Below, piece by piece: positions 31,083 to 45,069 of a DNA stretch of 64,000 nt (position 1 is its first letter; each line of letters starts with the position of its first letter). The DNA is from the human T2T-CHM13v2.0 reference genome, Homo sapiens. The notes under the pieces were generated by a model, which saw only the letters and a list, made by a program, of their open reading frames with translations, did not search any database and was not told the DNA's origin. The stretch is from assembly GCF_009914755.1 (NCBI RefSeq), contig NC_060930.1. The stretch is one strand, 5' to 3'. Both the position numbers and the translations under genes were made by a program.

Positions 31083-32029
31083 AGATGAAGAGAAACTGCA
31101 CCCTTCCAGGAGACTCTCCTATATCTGCACCTGCTCCAGGGCATGAGATGACAGGTTCTGAGCCTAGTTCTGTGATGGGATGACCACGCCCTAGTGCGTG
31201 GTCTTGGGATGGGGGAGTGCATTTTGCTGGGGCAAATGACGTACATAATGATGGCCAAAGGGTGAAATGGGACAGGTTAAAAATAGCCACAAATTCTTAG
31301 CAGCTCCTCCCATCAAGAGAGAAAGTTTATTTCTCCACCCCCTGAATCTGGCCTGGGCTTTTGACTTTCTTTAATGAATACAATGTGCTGGAAGTGACAT
31401 TGTGCAGCTTTTGAGCAAAGCTGTAAGAGAGCTGCAGCTTCCACTCCTGCTCTCGTAGAATGCAGATGCTGCTGCTGCTGCCACTGTTTATGAAGCCCAG
31501 GCTCACCTGGCCACGCGGAGGAGAGCCAAGGCTCCCTCGAGGACCCCCCAGCTGACCATCACCACGGCTGACCCCCAGACACGTGAATGAGGCCACTGCA
31601 GACCATCCAGGCCTAGCTGACCTACCAGGTGGCTGCAGCCACGAGAGTGACCCCAGCCCAATTAATTTCAGCCCAAATTGCTGAATCACAAGATTGTGAG
31701 AAAATACACGGTTATTTTAAGCTACTAAGTTACAGATTGCTTTGTTACATGGAAATAGATCAATAAGATGTAGGAAAATAACCAGTTATCACAGGTAATC
31801 TATTTTTTAATGCAAAAAATACAGGATATTGCTGCTAGCCTGTGAATAATTTCACTTCGCTTACCCCTGCTTTTCTTCCTATATGTGGATGCTACAGACT
31901 CAGACTCAGGAGAGCATGGGAGGGAATCATTGTCTTCATTCCGCTACTTCAGTTTCCCAAGGTATTTTTGATGTGGGCTTAAGACACCACCTTTCCCTTC
32001 ACCCCCATACAGATCTGGAAGCTTAAGGA

Positions 32030-32440
32030 TCTACCCTGATTCTCAAACTGCAGCATATTAGAAGCAGCCCTCTATAGCTATGCTTCTGAAATCTTACTGT
32101 TCAAGTGAATCACCCAGGGGCCTTGTTGGTGTGGATTCTGACTGCACATAGTGGGCTGGCCTGAGAGTCTGCCTTTCTCACAGGTGCCCAGGTGATGCCC
32201 TTCTGAGGTCCATGAACAACACTGGGAGTAGCAAGGGTGGAGGGGGGCTGACTGAAGCACGGAACAGCGGGGCTCAGCCTTGGTTGTGTTGAAACGGCCT
32301 CTGGAGTGTCATAAGATGCTGATGTCTTGCCCCCATTCCCAGGAATTCTGACTTAATTGGTCTGGGTGTGACCAGGGGTGGGATTTCTAAATGTTCCCTT
32401 GCTGATTCCCACGTGCAGCCGGGGCTGAGGGCCCCTGCTG
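32030..32440. mobile_element. MER5-type (hAT-Charlie) relics
   Basis: ttctcaaact...gattctgact...tgcctttctcacaggtgcccaggtgatgc...acactgggagtagca; aattctgacttaattggtctggg. Confidence 0.7.
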
Positions 32441-33135
32441 TGAACGATGAGTCCTGGCTCTTTGGAAAGGACCCCAGCCATGCAGCCAGCTCTCACCACA
32501 TCTGCAAAGACTGTGCCAGACCCCTAGTAAGTGAGCTGTGTTAACCCCTTCAGTGCACGTGGAGCCAGCCAGAAGACTGCCGGAGAGCAGTGACTGGTAA
32601 CGGCCAACGCCTGTGCTCCCAGCAAAGCAGGGCACAGGGAGGAGGCACGAAGGGCTGATCACAGCTATGTGGTCGGTCACAGGGCTGAGCCTCCCTCAGC
32701 CTCGACTTCCTCACCTGTGAATAGAGTCTTCAGGCTACCTTTGTGGGGTTGTCCGCCAAGTACCTGGCTCAGGTTAGAGACCCCATAAATGGGAGCTATT
32801 ATCCATAAATAGGGCATCCGTAGACCTGAGCAGCCAGTTGCGGAGAAGTTGAGAGCAGCTGATGTCTGGGATTCACGGTCGCCAGTGTGAAAACCCTGCA
32901 TGGGAAGCGATCCCTTCTGGTAAATGCGAGACCCTGCCGTTTTCCATGAGGGTTTAGAGGGTTTAGTGTTATTATTACCTACCGCTGCCCTGCCGTGAAG
33001 CCGGGGCCAGAATGGCTTCGTTTTAAAGACTCAAACGGTGAAAACCTAAGTATTTTAGAATTTAATGTCTTCTTCAGAAGGTACTCTTTCTGTGTTTTGA
33101 GGTGAGAGAATGTCATTTAAAAAAAAATAAAAGCA

Positions 33136-33461
<326 letters not shown>

Positions 33462-34191
33462 TTATTATATAATGGAGTATACTGAATAAACTCCATGCCA
33501 CATCAACCAGAGACTAGTAAGACTGGGGATTTATTTGTTCATATTAAAAAGGCAACTTTGTATGCAATTCTCGGGAGGTTTGACTGCTCTGCTGCTCATG
33601 AAATGTGGATTGTCTGTCTCTTGGGAAAGACAATTCCAGCATCCAGGAGGATGGGGAGGGCAGAGGAGGGTGTTGTGGTGTTTGCTGGGTGGTGTGGCCC
33701 TATGAGAGTGGCACAGAGAGTGTGGCAGGAAAACAGGTGAAGGTGGACAAAGAGACAGACAATTCCAACGGGACCATCCAGAGTCCAGGGGATGTGGCTT
33801 CTGTACCCCAGCACCCCACACAGAGTCTTCTCACAATACCGTCTCTTTCTTTTCTGCTCTCTTCCTTCCTTTCTTCCCCCAGACCTATACTCTTTAAATT
33901 ACAAAGCACCAAATATTGCATACATCTAAAAGTGAAAAATGAACCTCCTCTTTCTACCCAAGTCCATGAACAGTGGTTCTTATGGTTTAGTATGCAGAAG
34001 AACCACCTGGGGAGCTTGTAAATAAGACAGGATTCCTGCCACCCATCCCCAGAGGGTCTGGATTAGGGTCTTCATTGTTAATAGCCCTTAGCCCCCAGCA
34101 GTGATTCTGATGTTAGTGACCTTTGAATTCTGCTTTAAGGTATGTTGCCCGGAGCTGGCTGGTGCTGGCTGCTAGGGGTAGGGTGTGTGTC

Positions 34192-34544
<353 letters not shown>

Positions 34545-36529
34545 TGAAGCACATGTGACCTGGTGCTATGTGACCTGGAGCGCTCACACACGGGACTACA
34601 TTACATGTGATACATAGTTCTCCCTGTCTGGCCATGGACCGTAAGCCAGAGCCCATCTGTTATAAAACCTGCATTTGACTAGACAAATTAAGAGTAGGAT
34701 TACAGAATCCTTATACACTGCTTTCTGCAATACCAGCCCGGGTGCTCTTGCTATCCGACAAAACCTGCCCACACAGAGTCAAACAAAGCCACTCCTCATT
34801 GCCAGTGATATGCTAGAGTTCTGGCTGGTCTTTATCTGCAGCTGGCAATAGATTAGGCTTCCTGCTACCCTACAAATAGCCTTTAACCTATTCCCCTGTG
34901 GTAATTAATATTTTGTGGTGAGCCAGTAACTGCACAGGCATGTTCCATGCCTGACCGGTCTGAATACCAGGATTCATTCCCTAATAGAGCCAACTGCATG
35001 GCCCCAGGGACTGAGTTGCATTGTGGAAAGAGTAAAGGTTGTGACGCCAAGTAGGCCTGAGTCCAACTGGGTGCCCCTTACACCAGCTGAATGTATGTGG
35101 TCAAGTCAATTAACTGCACACAGAGCCTCAATTTTTCACCTGTTAAATGGATACAGCAATGCTTTGCTCACAGTAATGGTCACGAGGGTTAAATGAAATG
35201 ACACAGAAAGAACTTTACCCACAGTAAGCTTTCAGCAAATTCATTCATTTGGCAAGTATTTATTGAGTGCCTGTCTATTGCAACCTGATGGTTTGCTAGC
35301 CAGACTCTACTTCCCTTGGCCGTAGCAGTGCTGGACTGGGCCCTGGAGTGTGGTGTTAGCAGTGAGCAAACAAAAGAGACAGATATCCCTATTGATGGAG
35401 CTCACGGTCTGATGGGAGCCATCATTACTATCATTATTGTTCTGTGGTGATCTGTTGCTCTAAGATTGTAAATTGACTCAATCTTTGTGAAGGAAGGAAG
35501 TGAGGCAGCTAAGCGGGATTAGGAGGCGGGACACTCAGGAGACTTGTCTTGCACCAGGAATATGGATGTGCTCGAACCTTACTGGAATCCATCACAACCG
35601 GGATGTTGATGAATTCAGGTTTCCACATACAACTCATTAGATAAATGGCTAAATATAAGCCTGTCCTATACCAACCATAGTAGTCAAGCCTTGAAGAGGA
35701 AGCAAGACAGATCCCCTTGCCTGTGCTCACCTTTCTTAGTTGGGGAAATATTGAAGGGGGCGGCCCCTGGGTTCCCGACACCAAACTTGAAACCAGCCTG
35801 CTGAAGCTGACCCCATGGTCAACGAGATTCCGAAACCAAGTAATGCGCTGTAGAGGGATGTTTCCTGGGACTGCGCGGTTTTGTTTTATTGCATAAATTT
35901 CAAAGTATTTAACATGTAACCAAGAAATTGTTGTGTTCAGAAAATTGCAAAAGAAAACTCAAGAGAATAAGGCCTCCAGAAAAAAACAACAACAACAGCA
36001 ACATGTTTTTAGGGTAATGAAGGCCAGGAAGAACAATTAATAATTATTAAATCAATGTTGAATTAGATTGTTATTTCAATTCTTGGTGTGAATGACTGAA
36101 TCATAATCTAGTCACAAGTGATAGAAAAACTGTGAACTGAAAGCCAATTCCAAACTCAGCACGTTGAGATGTTCTGTTGTATTCAACGTGCTGATAAAGC
36201 CCTTGATGGAAAGGAAGATATATGGTATCTTGGTATGATATATGGTAAAAGATATATCTTTTACCAAGTTTTACTAAAAGAAAATTTATTTCTTCCCACT
36301 AAATAATGTGGACTAATGTAAAAATACGTATATTGGCTTGAAGAGGGGCTACCTTTGTAGCTGCCCTGCAACCCTCATATCTGGGTCGAACCCTGCTGGG
36401 TTGAGGTTCTGGACAGTCTGCGTGGGATAAGGTCTCAACAGATGGGGTTGAGACTCCCACTCACTTGGTAATTCTGAAAATGTAATCTAGTGTGTGTGCA
36501 CTTGTTTATTATTTAAAATCACATTTAAT

Positions 36530-36825
36530 GGCCAGGCACAGTGGCTCAGCCTGTAATCCTAGCACTTTAGGAGGCTGAGGCGGGTGGATCACCTGAGGTT
36601 AGGAGTTTGAGGCCAGCCTGGCCAACATGGTAAAACCCCATCTCTACTAAAAATACAAAAATTAGCCAGGCATGGTAGTGCATGCCTGTAATCCTGTCTA
36701 CTTGGGAGGCAGAGGCAGGAGAATCGCTTGAACCTGGGAGGTGGAGGTTTCAGTGAGTCCAGATGGTGCCACTTCACTCCAGCCTGGGCAACAAGAGCGA
36801 AACTCTGTCTCAAAAAAAAAAAAAA
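36530..36825 (+). mobile_element. AluS
   Basis: Full dimer. Confidence 0.96.
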
Positions 36826-37185
36826 CATTTATTCAGCACCGATTCTATGGTACAAATTAGATGCAAAAATGAGCTGGCCTTGCCCTGCACTCACAGGGCC
36901 TACAGACAAGGAGACAGGGAACTAGAAGTCAGTGTGGTTCTGCAGGACCCTCTGAAATCTAACCTAGCTGCATGACCCAGCAAAGTCTGCAGGAAAACTA
37001 AGAACAGAGGCAGCCCTGCTGATGCATTATTTAGCCAGATTGCCCTCCCCACAGCCGCCAGCCAAGCATGTGTTCTGCCAAGGAGAGACAATTAGGTGGC
37101 CGCACTGTGGTAGGGCAGAGAGCTCTTGCAGCTCTGCATGAAATGGGCACTGAGGTGAGTGAGTACTTCCCTCTCCTGTTTTAGA

Positions 37186-37412
37186 CCAAGGATCAGTCAA
37201 CTTTTTCTGTAAAGGATCAGACAGTAACTATTTTGATGTATGTGTGCTGTGAGGTGAGTGCTGCAACGCCCCCCACCGCTCTGTCGTGGTAGTATGAGAG
37301 CAGCCGCAGGCACAGGTCACGGAGGGGCGCGGCTGTGTTCAGTAGGGCAGCATTCATAGAAAGAAGCCAGCAGCGACCGACGGGCCCTCGGGCTGCAGGT
37401 TGCGGACCCCTA
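37186..37412. mobile_element. MER58A (hAT-Charlie)
   Basis: aactttttctgtaaaggatcagacagtaactatttt...gggcgcggctgtgttc...ggttgcggacccc. Confidence 0.8.
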
Positions 37413-38860
37413 CTTGAGAGCCAGGCCAGTCCAAATTCCCAGTTGCCCTTTATTCACGGGGAACTATGTAAACATCAAGAGACTATTTTCCAAAACTCGT
37501 TTTTAAAAAATCTCAAGCACATAAAAACACATTGTGCTTCTCGGTGTTTGTTTTTCAGAAGTGTTTTTCCACTGGCATTTTAACTGAAGGGATTTGTTTC
37601 TTCTTTCATTTCTCCTGTGCTTCTTGGCGACAGAGTCTACATACCGACATTTCACCCTTTCCTCACCCTCGAGAGTAAGACTTCCAAGATTAAGTTTATT
37701 GTACTCGGGAGTTGGCCAAGCAACCACATAACTCCTGTCTGCTCCGAATCCTCAAGGCAGTGCCAGCTGCATTTTTCCAGGCCCGGACAGCATGCCAGAG
37801 GGGCAACGTCACAGCCCAGGCAGCCAGGCCTCCGTTTCCTGTCTCTTTCCTCCTGAAAGACACATGAATCATATCAGCTTTATCATTTGACTCGGAGCTC
37901 ATTTCCCTGTTCCACAAACGCCTGGAGTTAGAGGCAGTGAGAGCCAAGTACAATGAAAACATGAAGTCCTGAGTTGCTTTCTCCCCTTAAGAATGGAACA
38001 CATGTTCTCCCATCTCAAAAGAAAGCACCTCAGCTGGCTTAATTTGGAGTCTTTTGGCCTGAGCACTTGGCTCCTGGGTCAGACACTGGTGATCTCATCT
38101 GAAAAGCTGGGCCCTGCCTGTGCCCAAGGCGGGCAAGGTCCCAGCCATGGTGGCAGCAGGGCCCTTGTGTGCGTCCACCCCTGGCACACGTGGACTGTGT
38201 GCTTAGGGGCAGGTTTCTCCTGCAAGTAACCCTAGCTGAGTGTGAATGTAGACAGCAATCTGTGATCACATCACAACCTTTCCCTGAGCGTCTTACCATC
38301 CTTGCTCTGGAGTGAAAGGGCTAATAGGAAAGGAAAAGTCTAACAAAGAATTTGGACACATGAATTTGAAACTAAAATATCAATGACTTGTAAATACGAG
38401 GAAGGGATCGGGTGGGTCAGAGACAGGAGCTATCCAGATACTGCTCTTACCTGCTCACAAACACATATTGCTAAATTTATTGAGCACTTACTATGTGATA
38501 GACCCAGCTTTAAAAAGGACTTTACTTGCACTAACTCATTTCATCTTCACAACAATGCTGCCAGGTAGATAGAGTTGTTGCAGTTTTACAGATGAGGACA
38601 TTCAGGTCCCAGGAGGTATCTTGCCTGAGGTCGGACAGCTAGCTAAGGTCAGAACCCAGATTGATGGCAAGGATTCTGAACGACTGTGAGTGTTTGTGTG
38701 CTGTGTGATCTAAGAGAATAACACGATAATAAGCAGATTCATTATTAAAAAGCATGTATGTGTTTCAGAAACTCCCTGTGTATTTTAGTATAATCATGTT
38801 CGGCATGATAAGATTAGACATTTATGTTTATTAGAGCCACACTAATGAAAATATACAACT

Positions 38861-39452
<592 letters not shown>

Positions 39453-40009
39453 AAAATATACAACTCAATATATACACTATCTAACTGTGCATTCATGCAA
39501 ATATTACTATTTAACACTCCTGGTTCATCTGTGTCCCAGGTTGGGGTCTGCATCCCTGGCTGGTCCCAGAACAGACCTCTGCAACTATAGATGTTATCAC
39601 TTCATACGCTGGTCTTCTTGGGCTGCGATGTTACTTTGACCAAGTAATGCTAAGTGTTTTCTAAAAACGTTGGTTAGGCCAGCCTTACCCACATTTAACT
39701 GGCTTTTCTGCATCTTCTTTAAATAATATTTTGAAAAAGTTTGTGAAAATTGAATTCTGATTCTCCCAGCATTTGTCTAACTAAAGGGAGGAGGTGTTTA
39801 TTGGCCTGGAGGGTTGCAGAGGTCAGACAGTAGCTTACCTTAAAGTACTATGGGTCCCCCCTCAATTGGCCAATTAGCTTAGTGAACTCTGAGTTTCATC
39901 TTCCCATTCCATCTGCTTCCCTGATAGCTGTTCCATATCCTCTCAGGGAAGTAATCTGTGTTTAATTTTGACTTTAAATGAGAAACTGAAATTCACAAGT
40001 GTATGTTTT

Positions 40010-40620
40010 ATACCTATTTTGTATTATGGCAAAATACCCATAATGAAATTTATCATCTTAACTGTTTTTAAGTGTACACTTCAGTGGTATTAAGTTCATT
40101 TACATTGTTGTGCAACCATCACCCCCATCCGTCTCCAGAACTTTCTCATCTTCCCAAACTGAAACTCTGTCCCAATTAAATAATAACTCCCATCCCCCAC
40201 TCCTCTAACCCTTGGTAACTACCCTTTTACTCTCTGTCTCTGTCAATTTGGTTACTCTAGGCACCTCATGTAAGTAGAATCATACAAAATTTGTCCTTTT
40301 GTGACTCGCTTATTTCACTGAGCATAATGTCCTCAAGGTTCATCCATGTTGTCGCACGTGTCAGAGTGTCCTTTCTTTTTAAGACTGAATAATATTCCAT
40401 TGTGCAGCTGAACCTCATTTTGCTTATCTATTCATCTGTGGATGGACGCTTGCATTGCTTCCACCTTTTGGCTGTTGTGAATATGCTGCCGTGAACATGG
40501 GTGGGTAAATACCTGGTTGAGTCCTTGCGTTCAGTTATTTTGGATATATACCCAGAAGTGGAATTGCTGAAACTGTATGGTAATTCTATTTCTAATTTTT
40601 TGAGGAACCACCATACTATG
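40010..40620 (-). mobile_element. L1MB 3' region
   Basis: ttaactgtttttaagtgtacacttcagtggtattaag...agcataatgtcctcaaggttcatccatgttg...cccagaagtggaattgctg. Confidence 0.9.
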
Positions 40621-41234
40621 GTGTTTATTTTTTTAAGGGCTACATAGAATGGACAAAACTACGGTTGAGTCTAAAAGAAAGATAAAAATAAACCCAGGTT
40701 TCATGACAAATTTGAAGTAATTCACCAATGGGACTGCAGTTTTGCCTTTTCTTTCTCATTTATCCACTTATTTGAGAAGTTTTTGTGCAAGCTTCCTTTA
40801 AGGATCCGAAGTAGGGTCTATTATTATTAGCAGATAATGGGTATTATATTAAAGATTAAATAGTAAAGGAAGAAAGCTGTATGAGATGTGCTGTTTGGAG
40901 AAGATTCTGAACAGATAAGTTTATTGCTTGACTCTCCATCTCCCTGGCATATTCACCAAAACTGCACTATAGTCTTTCATATCTGCAGCCATTTATTCAC
41001 TTGACAAATATGAAGCTTCCGCCATGGGCTCAGCGACCGTGCAGCATAACACTTAGTCTTCACTGTCTTGTTCTGTAGACATCTGGGTTCGTGTCTTATT
41101 GCTCCAACCCACACAGTGCATGCTTGAACCACCCCAGGAATCAGACAGTGAGAAAGATGAGTGTGAGGGCTTCTGTGGGCTGGTGAGGCCGGAAGACCTG
41201 CAGAGCTCAGAGCTTATCTAAGGGGCAACCACTC

Positions 41235-41457
41235 ATCCCTTCTGGCTACTTATTGCCCTGTGGGAATGCAGGTCCAGTTTTCCAGATCTTCCTAATTTCC
41301 AGGAAAAACAAGATATCCAGTTTCTAATGTAAGATCTTCCAGTTTTAAATTTTAGCCACTTATTCAGAAAAAAAAAAAAAATTAAACACGGCACAGGCCA
41401 AATAAAAGCACATTTGCAGGTCCCTGCAGCCGGACAGCCATGAGCTTTGACCTCTGC
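41235..41457. mobile_element. hAT-Charlie relic (MER102-like)
   Basis: ccagatcttcctaatttccaggaaaaacaagatatccagtttctaatgtaagatcttcc. Confidence 0.55.
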
Positions 41458-42369
41458 ACTCATTGAATCTCTCTCCTGGAACCCTCAGGACATATCTGAT
41501 GAGCATCTTGTTTTCCCCACCGTGTCTATCAAGAGGGAAAGAATGAACCAGGAAATGTAGGTAGAGGTGGATCTCCAGGAAGCTAATGAAGCCATAGCTC
41601 CTTGGCTCCTTCCTTCCCTGGGGCCTTGTGTTTTGTCCTGTTTTCCTTGATTAGGATTGCTGTGCCATGCCATTCTGGCTTCGCCTTGTCTAGTGTGGCA
41701 AAACTACAAAGGGAAAGTTGAGTTGAGGAAACACTGGGTTTGAGTTGAGACGGGTGTATTTTTGTGGTTAGCACAAGTAGTGCCTTCGGCTGCAGCAAGG
41801 CCGCTCCCCTCGGGCCATTGTCTGGCATAAGGTGAGAAGTTTTAGGGGCCAAATGATTGGACGCTCCCAGAGCCCAAGACCCAGATTCCACGCCACATCT
41901 GGGATCCTGGAATTTCCTGCCCCACACCTGAAGTTTGCATCAGAGTTTGCTTGGGGCCCTCATCTGTATCTACCTTTCTAAGGACAACAAACTTCACTTC
42001 TAGTGAGTTTGTTGGTGCTCCAAGAGGTGGCCAAGAGGCAACTGTCTACAGGGAATATGGATGTAACTCGGGTCTGCATATGTGTGAGGCCTGGCAAGAT
42101 GCAAAGTGCAGGATGAAGCCTTAGGTGGGTAAAGGAGGTGAGAGGCCAGGCTTCCATGGGAATTCTAAATCCAAACGTGGCCTTTAAGCTCATTATAAGG
42201 GCATAGTTTTCATAGAAGGAGGAGAGAACACATTTACTTAACCGTTCGTTAATGTTCTTTATGCTATTTAAAGCCTTTACACATTTAGGCGTGCGGTGTA
42301 TGTGGGCCGTTTGTACTCAAGCCCAGGGCATCAGAAATATTAGAAGTGCACCTGGGTCATAGTGACTTT

Positions 42370-42900
42370 TGCCCATAGTTGTTTTTGTCACTACTGCCGT
42401 GTAAGTATTGCTCCAAAACTTAGTGGCATGAAGCAATCATTTTATTATGTTCATGGATTTTGCGGGACAGAAATTTGGACAGGCCACAGCTTGTCCGTGC
42501 TCAGCAACTTCTGGGGAGCTGGGAAGACTCCATGGTGGGAGTGACCCTACTGACAGGGGCTGGAATCAAATGGAGGCATCCACACTCATGTCTGGTGGTT
42601 GACGCTGGCTGCCAGTGGCGATTGTAGCTAGGGCTGTCAGCTGCATCCCCTAAACATAGCCCAGGCTTCCTCAAAGCTTGGGGGCTGCAGAGAAGTTAGA
42701 CTTCTTACATGATGAGTCAGGACACCAAAGATGAGTATTCCAGGGACCAAAGCCATAGCCACCTCACCTTTGTGATCTTGCATTCTGTTGGTTACAACCA
42801 AGTCACAATCCCACCTGGATTCAAGAGAAGGGAGAGGTAGACCCACCTCTCAATGGGGGGAGTATCAAAGCATTTGGGGGGCCATGTGTTAACTATCACA
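42370..42900 (-). mobile_element. MaLR LTR, MLT1F-like
   Basis: ccaaaacttagtggcatgaagcaatcattttattatg...cactcatgtctggtggttgacgctggctg...gattcaagagaagggag. Confidence 0.8.
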
Positions 42901-42959
42901 CAGGTTAAAATATTGCCAGCCATCATGGTGTTGGGATGGCTTCCAGGAATATATCTAAT

Positions 42960-43260
42960 GGCAATTCAAAGAGCATTTCAAGGATATTTGAAATTCCCTG
43001 AAATTTTATAGTTACACATGAAAGAAACTTAGTAAAGGTTTTCCTCGTATTTGACAAAAATTCTAAAATTTATGTCACTACCAGTCATGCATTGTTTTAG
43101 TCATGAATCTTCAAGGCTGAAACTTTTCTGAAACATTAACAATAAAAACTGTTTTTCATCAACCATGCTGTAGGAAAGACTGACTTCTATCTTTCTACTC
43201 TCTGTAGGAAATATCACAAAGGTGTTACCATATGGAGAGGTGAGGAGGAGTGTGCTGCCC
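42960..43260 (+). mobile_element. hAT (Zaphod/Tip100-like) transposase fossil, C-terminal dimerization domain
   Basis: Hand translation gives LTKILKFMSLPV ... STML*ERLTSIFLLSVGNITKVLPYGEV, resembling hAT C-terminal motifs, with stops and frameshifts. Confidence 0.65.
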
Positions 43261-43452
43261 AAAAAGTGGTGTTTCAGGCTCTTGTATAATCACATGAACA
43301 TCTTTAATAAGATTCTGGATACAAGAATTTAAAGTAGTAATTAGTCTCAAAAAAAAAAAGAAAAAAAAAACCAACATGGGCAACAGCAGTCCAGGAAAAC
43401 TTCATGGAAGTTGAAAGAAATGGAATTTCAATAGAGTGAATGGAGGCTGGGG

Positions 43453-43582
43453 GCAGGACTGAGTCAACTGGTCAACCCATATTGGCAGTTACACCTGATA
43501 TCAGTTCTGATTGGCTCAGTCTCCACCCTCATTGGTTAGTGCCTGCCATGGCAGTTGGTAACTGTTTTGCATATCATCCCTG
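43453..43582 (-). mobile_element. MER53-like hAT MITE carrying three CCAAT boxes
   Basis: Reverse complement cagggatgatatgcaaaacagttaccaactgccatggcaggcactaaccaatgag...gccaatcagaac. Confidence 0.65.
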
Positions 43583-44487
43583 CCCATTAGAGTGAACAAT
43601 ATTAGCAAAGGCACTGAGAAGGAATAATCTTGGCCTGTTTATCGAACGGTAAGGAAATTAGACTGGCTTGAGTCCAGCTGGGGGCAGTTGCGGGAAGTAC
43701 AGCTGTTTAATTAAAGTAAAGCCAATTGTGAAGCGTGTTGAATGTCAAGCAAAGGAATTCATACATATTCCTGGAAGCAGTGGGGAGTAATGAACCTTTC
43801 AGTAAAATAATAACAACTTTAAAATTTTTCTTTTTGAAAGACTACTGCAGTAGTTGAATGAAGAGAAACTAGGAAGACCTTTTTAGAAGGTGGTTGTAAT
43901 ATTCCAAGTAAGAGTGATCAGACATGAACTAAGTAAAGAGGAATTTGGGCTTGTGTGTGTATCACTTCCTTAACTTTAGTTTTGTATTGTTAGCTTATAA
44001 TGGATTCATGTAAGGAAGACCTCTCATGTCCCACTTAAAATGTTCTCCTCCCTGCTCCTTCCAGCCACTGCTACAGTGAACAGTTCCATCCAACCAGCTT
44101 CACGCAGCAGCACGCTGAGAATGCCTCTTCTCACTGCCTGTCCCTGGCTTCTCAGATGCAGTGGCTGGCTGGGGTGTCCCAGGCAACCCACCGGGCACTC
44201 ACTCATACACCCCTTAAAAATGTGGGGTAACAACATCCTGTGAAGGAACCATCTTCCACTGGAGATGGGAGCTCTTGAATCAATGCTTCCCCTGTTTTCC
44301 CCACCCCACAGTTCTGAGATACACTCCGGAGACACACTTCTTTGGGTGAACCCAGGCTAAGAGAGAATAGGATCCTCTAATTCTTTGGTGCCACCATAGT
44401 GGAACCTCACATGCTGTTCTGCCCACAGTAAGAGCATCAAATCTTCATGGCTCACCCTTATGTTGAATAGCTAGTATCTCCTTTGAC

Positions 44488-44795
44488 CTTTTTAATTTTT
44501 TTTTTTTAATCTGAGACAGAGTCTCGCTCTGTCTCACCCAGGTTGGAGTACAGTGGTACACGATCTTGGCTCACTGCAGCCTCCACCTCCCAGGTTCAAG
44601 CGATTCTCCCGTCTCAGCCCCCAAGTAGCTGGGACTACAGGCATGTGCCACCACACTCGGCTAATTTTGTATTTTTAGTAGAGACGAGGTTTCACCATGT
44701 TGGCAAGGCTGGTCTTGAACTCCTGACCACAGGTGATTCACCCACCTCAGCCTCTCAAAGTGCTGGGATTACAGGCATGAACCACTGCACCTGGC
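44488..44795 (-). mobile_element. AluS
   Basis: Full dimer. Confidence 0.96.
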
Positions 44796-45069
44796 AACCG
44801 TTTTAATTTTTAAAAACAGGTTTGTAGAACTGAGTCAGTCCCATATACTCAGCAGTAGTTTCAAGCCTGTGGGGTGGTAATTTAGGATACTGGTAAGAGC
44901 TGAGAATTTAGAATCATAAGATCTAGATTTGAGCCTCGCTACCAACTAGATGAGTGACCAAGGGCAAGACATACACCTCTTGGAGTGTTCAGTATCCTCG
45001 TCTGTAAGATAAATGTGTTAGCAGCTACTGATCTTCACAGTGTTCTTGTATCAAGCAGGACCGTGTGTG

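Larger units (their letters stand above)
29738..31770 (+). mobile_element. Two-LTR MaLR relic (MLT1H/G-like LTR - internal - LTR)
   Basis: Two homologous LTRs (~29738-30165 and ~31268-31770; both start ...aaaaat(gg/ag)(t/c)cacaaattctt and share gcagcttccact, gagtgacccca) flanking MLT-int-like sequence. Confidence 0.75.
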
